A stretch of DNA of 27,426 nucleotides from Armatimonadia bacterium (GCA_039683575.1 JBDKRC010000212.1:1-27426), one strand, 5' to 3'. Shown: positions 17,263 to 26,525, numbered from the stretch's first letter. Notes: generated by a model from the sequence alone, not told the origin. Numbers and translations: made by a program.

Positions 17263-17734
17263 GGTAGATGCCCCCCTTGGCAGAACGCGTCGGCATGAGA
17301 TTCAGTTGTTTTTGCGACAGCAAGTACGATGCAGCGCAACTCTCGACGGCGAGCAAGGCTGAGGTTGCCGCCACAATGAGCAGTTCGACAGCACCGAACT
17401 CGGTCACAATGTGACCTGCCAAGGTCGAGATAAGAAGACCAGTCGACACGAGGCTCACTAACGAGAGCAGGGCCGCCCAGAATGCAGTGAGAGATATCCA
17501 CACGCGCACAAATGTCATACTGGGATAGACAGCCGATGCCCCAGAATTTGTTCGCCGAATCGGCCTCTCGGGTATCGAATACATACGGACGAAACGCGGG
17601 TCAGCGCGTAGCGTGGGCGGGCGATCCGGAGCCAAGTAGTGTTCGAACATGTCTCGCATGTCATTAACAGAGGCTACCCGGTTGCCGGGATCATCCACGT
17701 CATCAGCATTAAGCTTGTACAGGGGCTGGTGCAT
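17237..17734 (-). CDS. Hypothetical membrane protein with two C-terminal TM helices
   Basis: AGGAG RBS, starts 10 nt after the upstream stop. Hydrophilic N-half, then FVRVWISLTAFWAALLSLVSLVSTGLLISTLA and FGAVELLIVAATSALLAVESCAASYLL. Confidence 0.65.
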   Translation of the reverse strand: MHQPLYKLNADDVDDPGNRVASVNDMRDMFEHYLAPDRPPTLRADPRFVRMYSIPERPIRRTNSGASAVYPSMTFVRVWISLTAFWAALLSLVSLVSTGLLISTLAGHIVTEFGAVELLIVAATSALLAVESCAASYLLSQKQLNLMPTRSAKGGIYLARSEIRP

Positions 17735-17743
17735 GGTGTTCTC

Positions 17744-18415
17744 CTACGATGCATTTTCGCGAAGTCGTTTGGCTACTACAGTTAGTACATCCATGCGCTG
17801 TTTCTCACGTTCCAGATCACCCCAGAAACGCTCAAATTCGTCAGGGGGCACCGTGAAGGAAACCGTTTCGTCGCCACGGTCCAGATATATGGTGCAAGTG
17901 AGGACTGGTATCCAGCCATATGGCTCGGCTACCGGTTCATCGATACGTTTGCTTTCCGAAGCTCGCGCAAACACCGGTGTTAGTACGGATCGCCAAGCCC
18001 ATGTCCATGCCTCACGACCAAAAGGAGCATTGTTGGCGTCACGCAGAGTCACAACTAGCTCTCGGCGGTCTTTCACCTTGCTGAGGAAGCTCCAAATCAC
18101 CTCAACCTGATGCGTGTCAGGCACCAACGCTGTGAGGTCCTTCCGCACCTCCTCGTCGGATGGATCCCACACTGCCCACCGCTCAAGTACCCAGTAGACG
18201 GAACTCAGCAGACTCCGCACCGTCTCGCCGGACTCCAATACATGCTCACCGTAACCCCTGAAGAAATCTCCTTCCTTCCAGGCGTTAAGCGCGACGTCTA
18301 TTGTCGCCACAAGGTCATCTTCATGCTTTTCAGCCACCCTTGCCAAATCACGCAGGTTTTCGGGAAGGTCAATTGGGAAATCGGCCTTTCCCCCTGACAG
18401 GTACAGTGTAGCCAT
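17744..18415 (-). CDS. Hypothetical protein, candidate prokaryotic COMM-domain (COMMD-like) protein
   Basis: AGGAAGAGGAG RBS before ATG 18415; 223 aa. Helical-looking N-terminal ~125 aa, then WTWAWRSVLTPVF...GWIPVLTCTIYL..GDETVSFTVPPDEFERFWGDLEREKQRMDVL, a three-strand plus amphipathic-helix pattern resembling the COMM domain. The CDS is well supported; the family call is by eye. Confidence 0.6.
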   Translation of the reverse strand: MATLYLSGGKADFPIDLPENLRDLARVAEKHEDDLVATIDVALNAWKEGDFFRGYGEHVLESGETVRSLLSSVYWVLERWAVWDPSDEEVRKDLTALVPDTHQVEVIWSFLSKVKDRRELVVTLRDANNAPFGREAWTWAWRSVLTPVFARASESKRIDEPVAEPYGWIPVLTCTIYLDRGDETVSFTVPPDEFERFWGDLEREKQRMDVLTVVAKRLRENAS

Positions 18416-18613
18416 GAGGCTCCTCTTCCTAAACAAATATTAGGACGTACTTCGACAACTGTTTGGGAATGCCTTCACGTGGCAGAAGTTTTTTTGGCCC
18501 GAGACATAAGCTCACTGTCCTCCAACCTGGGCCGCAAAACGGAACCGGCGTTGTCCAGCCAATCATAGCATTCCGACCAAGTGTGAGCGTCACATGCGTG
18601 CCACATGACCGGT

Positions 18614-21600
18614 TCAGTGACCGTCGCCCGGTTGTAGTCGCGCAACTCTGGAGCTGTTGTAGGCTGTCGCCTGGTGGACGAACGCTTCAAGCCGCGTTAG
18701 CGCCGTGGACTGCTCCAGCCCATCGTACACCATGTTCAGGAACGGGATGTCCTCGGCGTCCTCGCGGATGCACTTGAGGATCGCGTTGCTGACCGTGCCG
18801 GGCATGCAGGTAAAGGGCATCACCGCGACCACGCCCGCGAGACCCTTGCGCGCGAAGTCCACTGCCTTGCCGACCGTCATGATCGCCTCGCCCTCGAAGG
18901 TCCTGTCAATGTAGGGCGCGGCGAGCTCCAGGACGTCCTCGGTGGAGGGCTCAATCGCGTTGCGCAGCAGGCCCTCGAACGGGCGGGCAAGATGGTGCTC
19001 GTCCTGCCGCATCACCGTATCGGTGATCTTGTTCTTGAGCACGAGCTTCCAGTCAGCTTCGAGCCGCGCCCGCATGTCACGCCGGAAGTTGCGGTACAGG
19101 AACCACTCGAACACCGGGGCCGTCCACACTTCCGCGCCCAGGCTCTCAAGCTGCTTGATGAGGTCCTGGTTGCTGAACTCATGGGCCCGGACGTAGAACT
19201 CGCCCACCAGGCCGATGATGGGGCGCCGGTTGGTGCGGTCAACGGGCAGCGCGCCAAAGCGCTCCGCGGCCGCGGTCATCGTCGCGATCAGATCCCCGTC
19301 CGTGGCGATGGTGCGGCGTATGTCGGCGACGCACTCCTCGGCCACGCTCTCGGCGGAGCCGGGTTCGAGTTCATAGGGGCGGGTCTCGAGCATCGCCTTT
19401 TCGACCATATCGATGGCCACGATGCCACGCCAGGCCTGGCGGAGGAACTTGCGGCCGACGATACCGAGCTCGTTGTAGAAGCTGCTGGCCTGGTTAGGGG
19501 CAAACAGCGGCACATCCTCGTAGCCCAGGTCGTCGAGAACCATGCGCTGCAGGGCGTTGTACTGGCCGAAACGGCAGGGGCCACCCGACCCGCCCATGAA
19601 GAAGGCGACATGGTCGCGCTGGTCCGGGTTGTGGACCATGTACTTGACCATCTCGCCGGTGGTGACGATGCAGGGGAAGCATTCCTTGCCGGTGGTGTAC
19701 TTGCGGCCCCAGTACAGGGTCTCCTCGTCGGTGTCGCCGATGACCTCGGCAGGCATCCCGCAGGACTCGAAGGCAGCGGCCAGCCCATGCGCGTGGCGGC
19801 TCATGTTGGGGATAAGCACGCGCCGCTTGTTGGCGCTGTCGATGGAGAACGGCCTGAAGCCGCGGCCGGGCGAGTGCTTCCGCCCCTTCGTCGCATCCAG
19901 GCTGTCCAGGAAGGCCTCGCAGCGGGTGATCATCCCTGCATCAGCGGAGTGCTCGTCCACCTCAATCTGCAGGAAGGGCTTGCCGCCCAGACGCTCGGCA
20001 AAGAACCGGGCGATGAACGAGTCTGGCCCGCAGCCGAAGTTGGTGATGTACACCGCCTGCAGCCGTTCATCAGCCGCAACCATCTCGGCGGCGGACAGGA
20101 TCTTCTGCCCGTAACGCCAGTACATGTTGAACCAGTCTTTGGGCAACTCCACCTGGTCCAGCGGCAGGAAGTCCATCGGTATCACAAGCTCGCCCATTTC
20201 GCGGAGCTTGCGGGGTATCTCGAGGTTGGCGCCGGGATCGCAGCCGTTATAGGCCCGGCTCACGACGACGAGCGCCCGCTGGCCAGGCTGAAGCTGGTCG
20301 AGAACCTCCTGGCCGCGCTTCTGCCGGGCGGCCTCGAAGGCCTTCTGCGCGGCCTCGGCGGCTTCCAGGGCCTTGCGGAGCGCCGACATTGGCCGGCCGA
20401 GTTGAGTGGCAACCTCTCTGAGCGACTCGACGCGGTGGCGGAGGCCCTTCTGCATGTACATCGCCGGCTTGAGAACCTTCACCCCGGCCGCCGCGAAGTC
20501 AACACTCGACTGCGACGTGTAGCACAGGCTCTGGACATAGGGGCAGACGAAGCTGTCGCTGGAGCTGCCTTCCTTGCGGGGGAGGTTGATGATGCTCGGC
20601 AGCCAGATGAAGTCTATGTCCTTCTGCTCGACGAGGTTGAGAACGTGCCCGAGGCCTACCTTCATCGGGAAGCACGTCTCGGCCACTGAGCGTTCGGCGC
20701 CCTCATGGATGATACGCTTATTGGTCGGGTCAGAAAGCACGATCTCGCAGCCCAGTTCCGTGAGCAGGGCATGCCAGAACGGGTAGATCTCGTGGAACAG
20801 CAGTGCGCGGGGCACGCCAACACGCGGAGCGCCCTTCGGCGGCGCTGCGGACGTCTTGGCAGTGTTCAGCAGCATCTGCTGGCGCTCGCGGAACAGGTCC
20901 GGGGTGGTCGGCTTGGTACGCTCGCGGCGATCAACGTCGTACTTCTCGCAGCGGCTGCCGTAGAAGAGCGGCTCTTCGCCCTCCACCATGACCTTGTTGA
21001 TCTCACAGTGGTTCGGGCAATCCTGGCACTCGAACGACTCGACCGTATACTGCCGCTCGGACAGGTCAAAGCCCTTGAAGCTGCTGCCCTGCCCGGTGTC
21101 GTGTTCGCGGGCGATCAGCGCGCAACCCAGCGCGCCCGTCACTTCATTGTGCGCCGGCACGGGGATCTGCTTGCCGGTGACGGCCTCGAAAGCGGCCACG
21201 ACCGCCTGGTTGAACGCCGTCCCGCCCTGGAAGAAGATACGCTCCCCGACCGGCTTGCGCGCCACGACGCGGTTCAGATAGTTCGTCGCGATTGAGTACG
21301 CCAGACCCGCGACCAGGTCAGGGATCGCCGTCCCGCTCTGCTGCTGCTTCATGAGCTCAGATTCCATGAAGACCGTGCAGCGCTCGCCGAGGTCAATCGG
21401 GTTATCGGACTGGAAGGCGAGTTCGGCGAACTGGCCCTTGATGCTGATGCCGAGCTTCTCAGCCTGCTCCTCGAGGAACGAGCCCGTACCCGCCGCGCAG
21501 ACCTTGTTCATCTCAAAGTCAACGACCGCGCCGTTGCTGAGCGAGATGTACTTGGAGTCCTGGCCGCCGATCTCGAAGATCGTGTCTACCAGCGGATCAA

Positions 21601-22840
21601 TGGCCAGCGCGCCACGGGCCTGGGCGGTGATCTCGTTCTTCACCACGTCGGCGCCGATGAAGTCGGCAATCAGGTAGCGCCCCGAGCCGGTGGTGCAGGC
21701 GCCCTTGATCTCGGTGAAAGCCGCAACCTCCTGCCCCACCTCGCGCAGCCCCTGCCGGACTGCCTCAATCGGCTTGCCCGCGGTCATCAGGTACCGCTTG
21801 GACAGCACGTTCCCATCATTGTCAATGACGACCACATTAGTGGAGATCGAGCCGATGTCCACGCCCAGATACGCCGGGATCGGGCCGGCATCTGGCGCGA
21901 TGACGTGGGACGGCATGATGACGGAGCGTTCGAGCTTAAGCGGCTTGAGGGGACGCTTCTGGCGCAGGTGGCTATAGGCCGCGAGATCGTTCAGCTTGGA
22001 CCAGTCGGGAGCCGTGGCGCTATCAGACGAGGCGGTAAGGGCCGCCCCGATAGCGCCCATGCAACCAAAATGCTCGGGGATAATCAGGTCTTCGGGGGCT
22101 AGCTCCAGAACCTCGCGCATCGCCTTGACGATGCCCTGATTGGCGGCCACGCCGCCCTGGAAGGCGACTGGGGCAGCAATGTGGGTCGCGGAGCCGACCG
22201 TACTCTTGAAGTTGCGCACCAGAGCGTAGCACAGGCCCGCGACGATGTCCCTGGTCGGGGTGGCCTTCTGCTGCAGATGAATCATGTCGCTCTTGGCGAA
22301 CACGCTGCAACGTCCGGCGACACGGGGCGGATTCTCGCTGGTGACGGCGAGTTCCCCGAACTCCTCAATCGAGAGACCGAGCCGGGTGGCCTGCTGGTCG
22401 AGGAAGGACCCCGTCCCCGCCGCGCACATGGTGTTCATGGCGAAGTCGGCGACGGTAGAGCGGCCGGAGGACGTCCCCTCGGCCGCTTCTTCCCCCGGCT
22501 TCATGATAATCAGCTTGGAGTCCTCGCCGCCAATCTCAATGACGGTCCGAACTTCCGGATGCAGCAGCCCTGTAGCGGCGGCCTGAGCCACGACTTCGTT
22601 CACAAAGGGAAGTTGGAGAATGGAGGCAACTACACGCCCGCCGTTGCCGGTTGCGGCCACGGCAGCGACGTTCTCCCCCCCAAATTCCCCCGCGAGGCCC
22701 TGCAAGGCCTCGGCAGCCGCCCGCATGGGGTGGCCTTTGTGGCGGATATACTCCGCTTTGAGTATCTTGCCAGTGCCGTCGAGGACGGCAACGTTAACAC
22801 TGACCGAACCCACGTCTATTCCTGCGAAAACTTGGGACAC
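18614..22840 (-). CDS. Fused acyl-CoA dehydratase activase (2x BadF/BadG/BcrA/BcrD ASKHA ATPase plus DUF2229/dehydratase-like domains)
   Basis: Two repeats: GIDVGSVS/GVDIGSIS, NEVVAQ/NEITAQ, EIGGEDSK/EIGGQDSK, MNxxCAAGTGSFL, RCSVF/RCTVF, FQGG. Then ETCFPMK, FVCPY, FGCGPDSF, KECFPC, GPCRFGQY, PFTCMPG. Start set at GTG 22840 (VSQVFAGID). Confidence 0.9.
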   Translation of the reverse strand: MSQVFAGIDVGSVSVNVAVLDGTGKILKAEYIRHKGHPMRAAAEALQGLAGEFGGENVAAVAATGNGGRVVASILQLPFVNEVVAQAAATGLLHPEVRTVIEIGGEDSKLIIMKPGEEAAEGTSSGRSTVADFAMNTMCAAGTGSFLDQQATRLGLSIEEFGELAVTSENPPRVAGRCSVFAKSDMIHLQQKATPTRDIVAGLCYALVRNFKSTVGSATHIAAPVAFQGGVAANQGIVKAMREVLELAPEDLIIPEHFGCMGAIGAALTASSDSATAPDWSKLNDLAAYSHLRQKRPLKPLKLERSVIMPSHVIAPDAGPIPAYLGVDIGSISTNVVVIDNDGNVLSKRYLMTAGKPIEAVRQGLREVGQEVAAFTEIKGACTTGSGRYLIADFIGADVVKNEITAQARGALAIDPLVDTIFEIGGQDSKYISLSNGAVVDFEMNKVCAAGTGSFLEEQAEKLGISIKGQFAELAFQSDNPIDLGERCTVFMESELMKQQQSGTAIPDLVAGLAYSIATNYLNRVVARKPVGERIFFQGGTAFNQAVVAAFEAVTGKQIPVPAHNEVTGALGCALIAREHDTGQGSSFKGFDLSERQYTVESFECQDCPNHCEINKVMVEGEEPLFYGSRCEKYDVDRRERTKPTTPDLFRERQQMLLNTAKTSAAPPKGAPRVGVPRALLFHEIYPFWHALLTELGCEIVLSDPTNKRIIHEGAERSVAETCFPMKVGLGHVLNLVEQKDIDFIWLPSIINLPRKEGSSSDSFVCPYVQSLCYTSQSSVDFAAAGVKVLKPAMYMQKGLRHRVESLREVATQLGRPMSALRKALEAAEAAQKAFEAARQKRGQEVLDQLQPGQRALVVVSRAYNGCDPGANLEIPRKLREMGELVIPMDFLPLDQVELPKDWFNMYWRYGQKILSAAEMVAADERLQAVYITNFGCGPDSFIARFFAERLGGKPFLQIEVDEHSADAGMITRCEAFLDSLDATKGRKHSPGRGFRPFSIDSANKRRVLIPNMSRHAHGLAAAFESCGMPAEVIGDTDEETLYWGRKYTTGKECFPCIVTTGEMVKYMVHNPDQRDHVAFFMGGSGGPCRFGQYNALQRMVLDDLGYEDVPLFAPNQASSFYNELGIVGRKFLRQAWRGIVAIDMVEKAMLETRPYELEPGSAESVAEECVADIRRTIATDGDLIATMTAAAERFGALPVDRTNRRPIIGLVGEFYVRAHEFSNQDLIKQLESLGAEVWTAPVFEWFLYRNFRRDMRARLEADWKLVLKNKITDTVMRQDEHHLARPFEGLLRNAIEPSTEDVLELAAPYIDRTFEGEAIMTVGKAVDFARKGLAGVVAVMPFTCMPGTVSNAILKCIREDAEDIPFLNMVYDGLEQSTALTRLEAFVHQATAYNSSRVARLQPGDGH

Positions 22841-22989
22841 ATCAACACCCCGAAACGCTTGCGCCAGTACGCTAGGCAGTCGCACAGCGCCGCGACCGCA
22901 GGGACGATCCGACGCTGACGAAGTTGCCGTCCACCGGCAAGTGTAGGATGCCGCCAGGTACGAAAGCGACACCCGGGACGAATGTGGGC

Positions 22990-23019
22990 ATTATAGCGGA
23001 AGAAGATGCTTTGTGCCAA
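22990..23019 (-). promoter_or_regulatory. Putative sigma70 promoter for the activase gene
   Basis: Minus strand TTGGCA-N18-TATAAT, about 150 nt upstream of the inferred start. Confidence 0.5.
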
Positions 23020-23082
23020 GGCTGGGGGATAATCCGCCCTGGGAAAGCGTAGCTTGGTTGGCCTTTTCTTTCTCTACGCCTG

Positions 23083-24114
23083 CTATTGGCTCCACTCATA
23101 GACATACAGATCAAACTCCGTCTCCGCATCCTGCAGAGCATTCGCCAGCGTCGCCTCATGGCGGAACCCGGCCTCCTCCAGCACCTCGCAGCGGCTGACG
23201 TCAAGCGCGGATGAGCAGGCGATGAGTTTGGCGGCAGTGGCCTCGAGAGCCACGGCGGCCAGCAGCGCCGGGGCGTTCTCCGCGTAGGCGGGGTGCACCA
23301 GGAATTCCAGCACCCGCAGGTGGTCCTGCGCGCCGGCCTGAGCGTTAGTGCGCGCGGTGTACGCCATGCCGACCATCCGCCCGGCGTGCGTCTGCAGAGC
23401 CAATCCTGTCTCGCCGCTGTCCATGACGGGGGCAATCAGGTCAAAGAACTGCCCCTCGAACGGCGTATTGGCATAGACGCCCTGGGAGTAGTCCTTGAGG
23501 AACCAGTGCGGGAGGTTGTAGAGAAGCTCAGCCCTCGCCAGGTCACCCCAGTGCATTGGCCGGACCGTCACCGGCTCATCGCCACCGAAGTAGTCCATCT
23601 CGAAGGTGTCATAATCCCCCCGCAGCACCGCCCGCATGATGGTCTCGCCGTCTTCTACGAAGTTGTGATGGCGGAACCCGAGGTCTTCGTAGATGAAGCG
23701 CGCGGGATTGTTGCGCCCGGTGCCGAGGTGCATGCACCAGCCGCCACGGTCGCGGAAGTCATCCACGGCGGCGGCGCACAGGTGCCTGCTGATGCCCTTG
23801 CGGCGGTGTTCGGCGAGCGTCAGGACCCGGCCGAAGCACCCGAGATCGAGGGTATCGGCAGGGGCAGCGTACCAGGAAGTGCCCACGATCTCGCCGTCGA
23901 GCAACCCCACGAAGAAGACATCGGAGGAGACCTCGGCGCAGTCGCCCGCCACGACACGCTTGCAGTTGAGGTGCCACGAGCAGTTCGTGTACTCGGGGTG
24001 CCGGAGGTACATGAACTCAACCAGACGTTCGGCCCAGTCGCCACAGGGCGCGGGGATGCGCAGGATCTCGAGCGTCTCGCCGGACTTGAGTGCGGCGGGC
24101 GGCAGGAACTGCAT
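23083..24114 (-). CDS. GNAT family N-acetyltransferase, two GNAT-like domains
   Basis: Acetyl-CoA motif VLTLAEHRRKGIS and NPARFIYEDLGF in domain 1; degenerate second domain LVHPAY...VLEEAGF. GAGGTG RBS. Confidence 0.8.
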   Translation of the reverse strand: MQFLPPAALKSGETLEILRIPAPCGDWAERLVEFMYLRHPEYTNCSWHLNCKRVVAGDCAEVSSDVFFVGLLDGEIVGTSWYAAPADTLDLGCFGRVLTLAEHRRKGISRHLCAAAVDDFRDRGGWCMHLGTGRNNPARFIYEDLGFRHHNFVEDGETIMRAVLRGDYDTFEMDYFGGDEPVTVRPMHWGDLARAELLYNLPHWFLKDYSQGVYANTPFEGQFFDLIAPVMDSGETGLALQTHAGRMVGMAYTARTNAQAGAQDHLRVLEFLVHPAYAENAPALLAAVALEATAAKLIACSSALDVSRCEVLEEAGFRHEATLANALQDAETEFDLYVYEWSQ

Positions 24115-24189
24115 GTGTGGACACCTCAGCGCGGGGTTAGCAGAAGGTTAGAGAACAAGTACCGGAATCCTCCATCGCTTCCCGGACAC

Positions 24190-24225
24190 AAAAAACAAAC
24201 GGGCGCCGGCTTCCCGGCGCCCGTT
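24190..24225 (-). terminator. Intrinsic terminator after the TPR/propeller gene
   Basis: Stem AACGGGCGCCGG / CCGGCGCCCGTT with a 4-nt loop, followed by TGTTTTTT on the minus strand. Confidence 0.8.
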
Positions 24226-24241
24226 CAACCTGTCACTGGGC

Positions 24242-26374
24242 CTACAGGCCCCACCCGAGCAACCGGCAGTTGCGAGCCGGATCGTCGATCAGCGGCTTGA
24301 GCGTCAGTTCGCTGCTCTTGGGCTGATAGCTCATGATCCAGATCGAGCCACGGCCGTCAACATCTCGCTGCAGAGCAATTGCCTTGGCATCCGGGGTCCA
24401 CGCCGGGCGGCTGAAGCTCCCGGGCACGTTGATCTTGTCGCCGATGATGCGCTGGCGGTCATAGCACAGCACGGCCTCCTGATCCTCCCACCACAGCAGG
24501 TGGTCGCCGATCGGCGCCCAGGTGAAGCTGCTCTTGCTCGAGGTGCCGGGGATCAGGCGGAGGTCGCCAACATCAGACAGCGGGTACATTCCGAGCCCAC
24601 GGTTGGTCTTGAGCACCAGTTGGCCGCCCCGAGGTGAGAACGACCAGTCGCTAACGCCCTCGAGGGTCTTGCTCGAGAGCTTCCCGTCGATGCGCACGAG
24701 CAGGAAGCGGGGCCCTCGCCCCTCCTGCAACTGCAGCCCCACCCACGCGCCGTCACTGCTCACGCCGAGGGCGTCGGTGCGGATCGGGGACTTGCTGCTA
24801 TACAGCGTGCGCGGGGCCACCTTGCCGCCGCGGAACTCGGCATTGACGTCGAGCCGGTAGAGGTTATTGCCATCGTGGTAGATGAGCACCAGGGGCTGAT
24901 CGGCGCTCTGCTCGGCCATCCAGGCGACCGCCCGGATTGAGGACTTGGCTTTGACCTGGATGGTGTTGTCCAGCGAACTGGTGGGGGCGGCGTAGAGGGT
25001 GCCGTCGGCCGCGATCCAGGCCAGCCAGTCGCCGGAGGGGCTCCAGAAGGGGCGCAGACGGTTGCGCTCGGCGCGAGGCACGGTCGAACGCGGGACGATC
25101 ACAGCCCGGTCCTCGGGAACCTGATTGCGGCGGCTGTCGTAGACGTAGATGGCATAGTCGCCAGAGGCATCAGGTGCCACGAAGCTGAGGAACCACGCGC
25201 CGCTGTACTGCGTCCAGGCCAGCTTGTCGAAGCCCACGTCGCTCGCCGAACCCTTGGCATCATGCAGGGACTTCTTCACGCTACCGTCGGCGCTGGCGAG
25301 GTAGAGATTGTGGCGGAAGCCATTGTCGGCGCTGGTGGAGTAAGCAATCATGCGGCCGTCGGGGCTTGCCAGGCCATCGGTGACCTCGCCCTGGTTAGCC
25401 TTGTCGGAGAGTTCACGGCGAGAACTGCCATCCATGCGGGAGCGGCAGAGAGTACCGTCTTCGATGGTCAGCAGGATCGGCTGCTGCAGGTACGCAAGCC
25501 AGCTGCGGGCGTTCATGACAAACCGGCCCTGGGGCGCTTCCTTGGTGTAGCGTTCGAAAGCCGCCTTGGCCTTCTCATCGTCGTCCTTGTATGCATAGGA
25601 GAGCGCATCGAGGTACACGAGGTCGGCGTTGCCGGTCTGACGCGGCAGTTGCGCCGCGACCGCCATCAGGCGGTCTGCCTCGACGGTATTGTGGTTGAGC
25701 AGCGCGCGCTCGATACCGATAACGGTCTCATCAAAGACACTCTGGTCGACCTTGGCCAGCAGGTCCTGGGCGGCCTGCACGAACTCACCCTGCGGGTCGG
25801 CGGCGAGGTAGGAGTTAAGGCTCTGCTTGGCGCCGGTCCAGTTGCGGAGATTGGACTGCGCCTTGCCGAGGTAGAAGTCGGCGTGCATCCACTTGTCGCC
25901 GTAGCGATCCCTGTCGGCGATGATCTGCTCGGCAATGTAGGCCAACTTGACCCAGTCACCGGCTTTGTCCGCCTCCAGCATCTTCTCGAAGTCACCGGCC
26001 TGGCCTCTCGGCACATAGACCGTCCACGGGCGTGGGAACTGCCGTGAGAGTTGCGTCAGGCGAACCTTGGCATCCTTGGCCTCGGCAGACTGCGAAGGGC
26101 CGTAGCGGAGTACCTGGTCATAGCAGGAGCACGACTCGGCGGTCTTCCCCTGCTTTTCGAGACACTTGGCCACATAGGCCCATGACTGGTAGTGGGCAGG
26201 ATTGGCGACGAGACAGCGGTCAAACGCCGTCTGTGCTTCAGCATAGCGACCTTCGCCAAACAGCTTCTGTCCGGCAGCATACGAATCGGCCAGCGTATCC
26301 TGGGACCAGGCGACACCGGCGGCAACGACGAGACATGCGGAAATGAGGCACAATCTGAACTGCAAGCGAACCAC
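24242..26374 (-). CDS. Secreted TPR-repeat protein with C-terminal TolB-like (PD40) beta-propeller
   Basis: Signal peptide; TPRs (GRYAEAQTAFDRCL, FYLGKAQ...YLAADPQG, FERYTKEAPQG); propeller blades SPDGRMIAY, WSPSGDWLAW, SSDGAWV, FSPRGGQL, WAPIGDHL, WTPDAKAIAL. Start GTG 26374 or TTG 26365. Confidence 0.8.
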   Translation of the reverse strand: MVRLQFRLCLISACLVVAAGVAWSQDTLADSYAAGQKLFGEGRYAEAQTAFDRCLVANPAHYQSWAYVAKCLEKQGKTAESCSCYDQVLRYGPSQSAEAKDAKVRLTQLSRQFPRPWTVYVPRGQAGDFEKMLEADKAGDWVKLAYIAEQIIADRDRYGDKWMHADFYLGKAQSNLRNWTGAKQSLNSYLAADPQGEFVQAAQDLLAKVDQSVFDETVIGIERALLNHNTVEADRLMAVAAQLPRQTGNADLVYLDALSYAYKDDDEKAKAAFERYTKEAPQGRFVMNARSWLAYLQQPILLTIEDGTLCRSRMDGSSRRELSDKANQGEVTDGLASPDGRMIAYSTSADNGFRHNLYLASADGSVKKSLHDAKGSASDVGFDKLAWTQYSGAWFLSFVAPDASGDYAIYVYDSRRNQVPEDRAVIVPRSTVPRAERNRLRPFWSPSGDWLAWIAADGTLYAAPTSSLDNTIQVKAKSSIRAVAWMAEQSADQPLVLIYHDGNNLYRLDVNAEFRGGKVAPRTLYSSKSPIRTDALGVSSDGAWVGLQLQEGRGPRFLLVRIDGKLSSKTLEGVSDWSFSPRGGQLVLKTNRGLGMYPLSDVGDLRLIPGTSSKSSFTWAPIGDHLLWWEDQEAVLCYDRQRIIGDKINVPGSFSRPAWTPDAKAIALQRDVDGRGSIWIMSYQPKSSELTLKPLIDDPARNCRLLGWGL

Positions 26375-26525
26375 TCCCTCTGCTATAATCGTGACGCCTA
26401 CAACTGGGGCAGGTCAGACGTCCCCCTTCCCCGCGCACATACGCATGCGCATGCGCTGCGATGTTAATCGCTCGGACTGGCACTTTCTTCCTCGGAAAGC
26501 GAAAAACCTTTACATGGTGAAGAAG

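Noticed and set aside
16774-18613. Prophage or integrative element boundaries around the lower-GC cassette
   Set aside because: No integrase, tRNA, att-like direct repeats or IS ends were visible.
18475-18690. 71-aa ORF as a fourth gene of the lower-GC cassette
   Set aside because: It overlaps the activase 3' end, has no clear RBS and no recognisable features; it cannot be supported.
18992-20689. Long antisense ORFs (565 aa here; also 4198-5379, 5485-6513, 14181-15467, 23293-24300)
   Set aside because: They are shadows of well-supported genes on the opposite strand, as expected in high-GC DNA, and carry no recognisable motifs.
26343-26513. N-terminal extension of comB and the GCATGC-rich palindromic patch near 26441
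   Set aside because: The extension overlaps the divergent TPR gene start and is not ComB-like; the palindrome is short and low-complexity.
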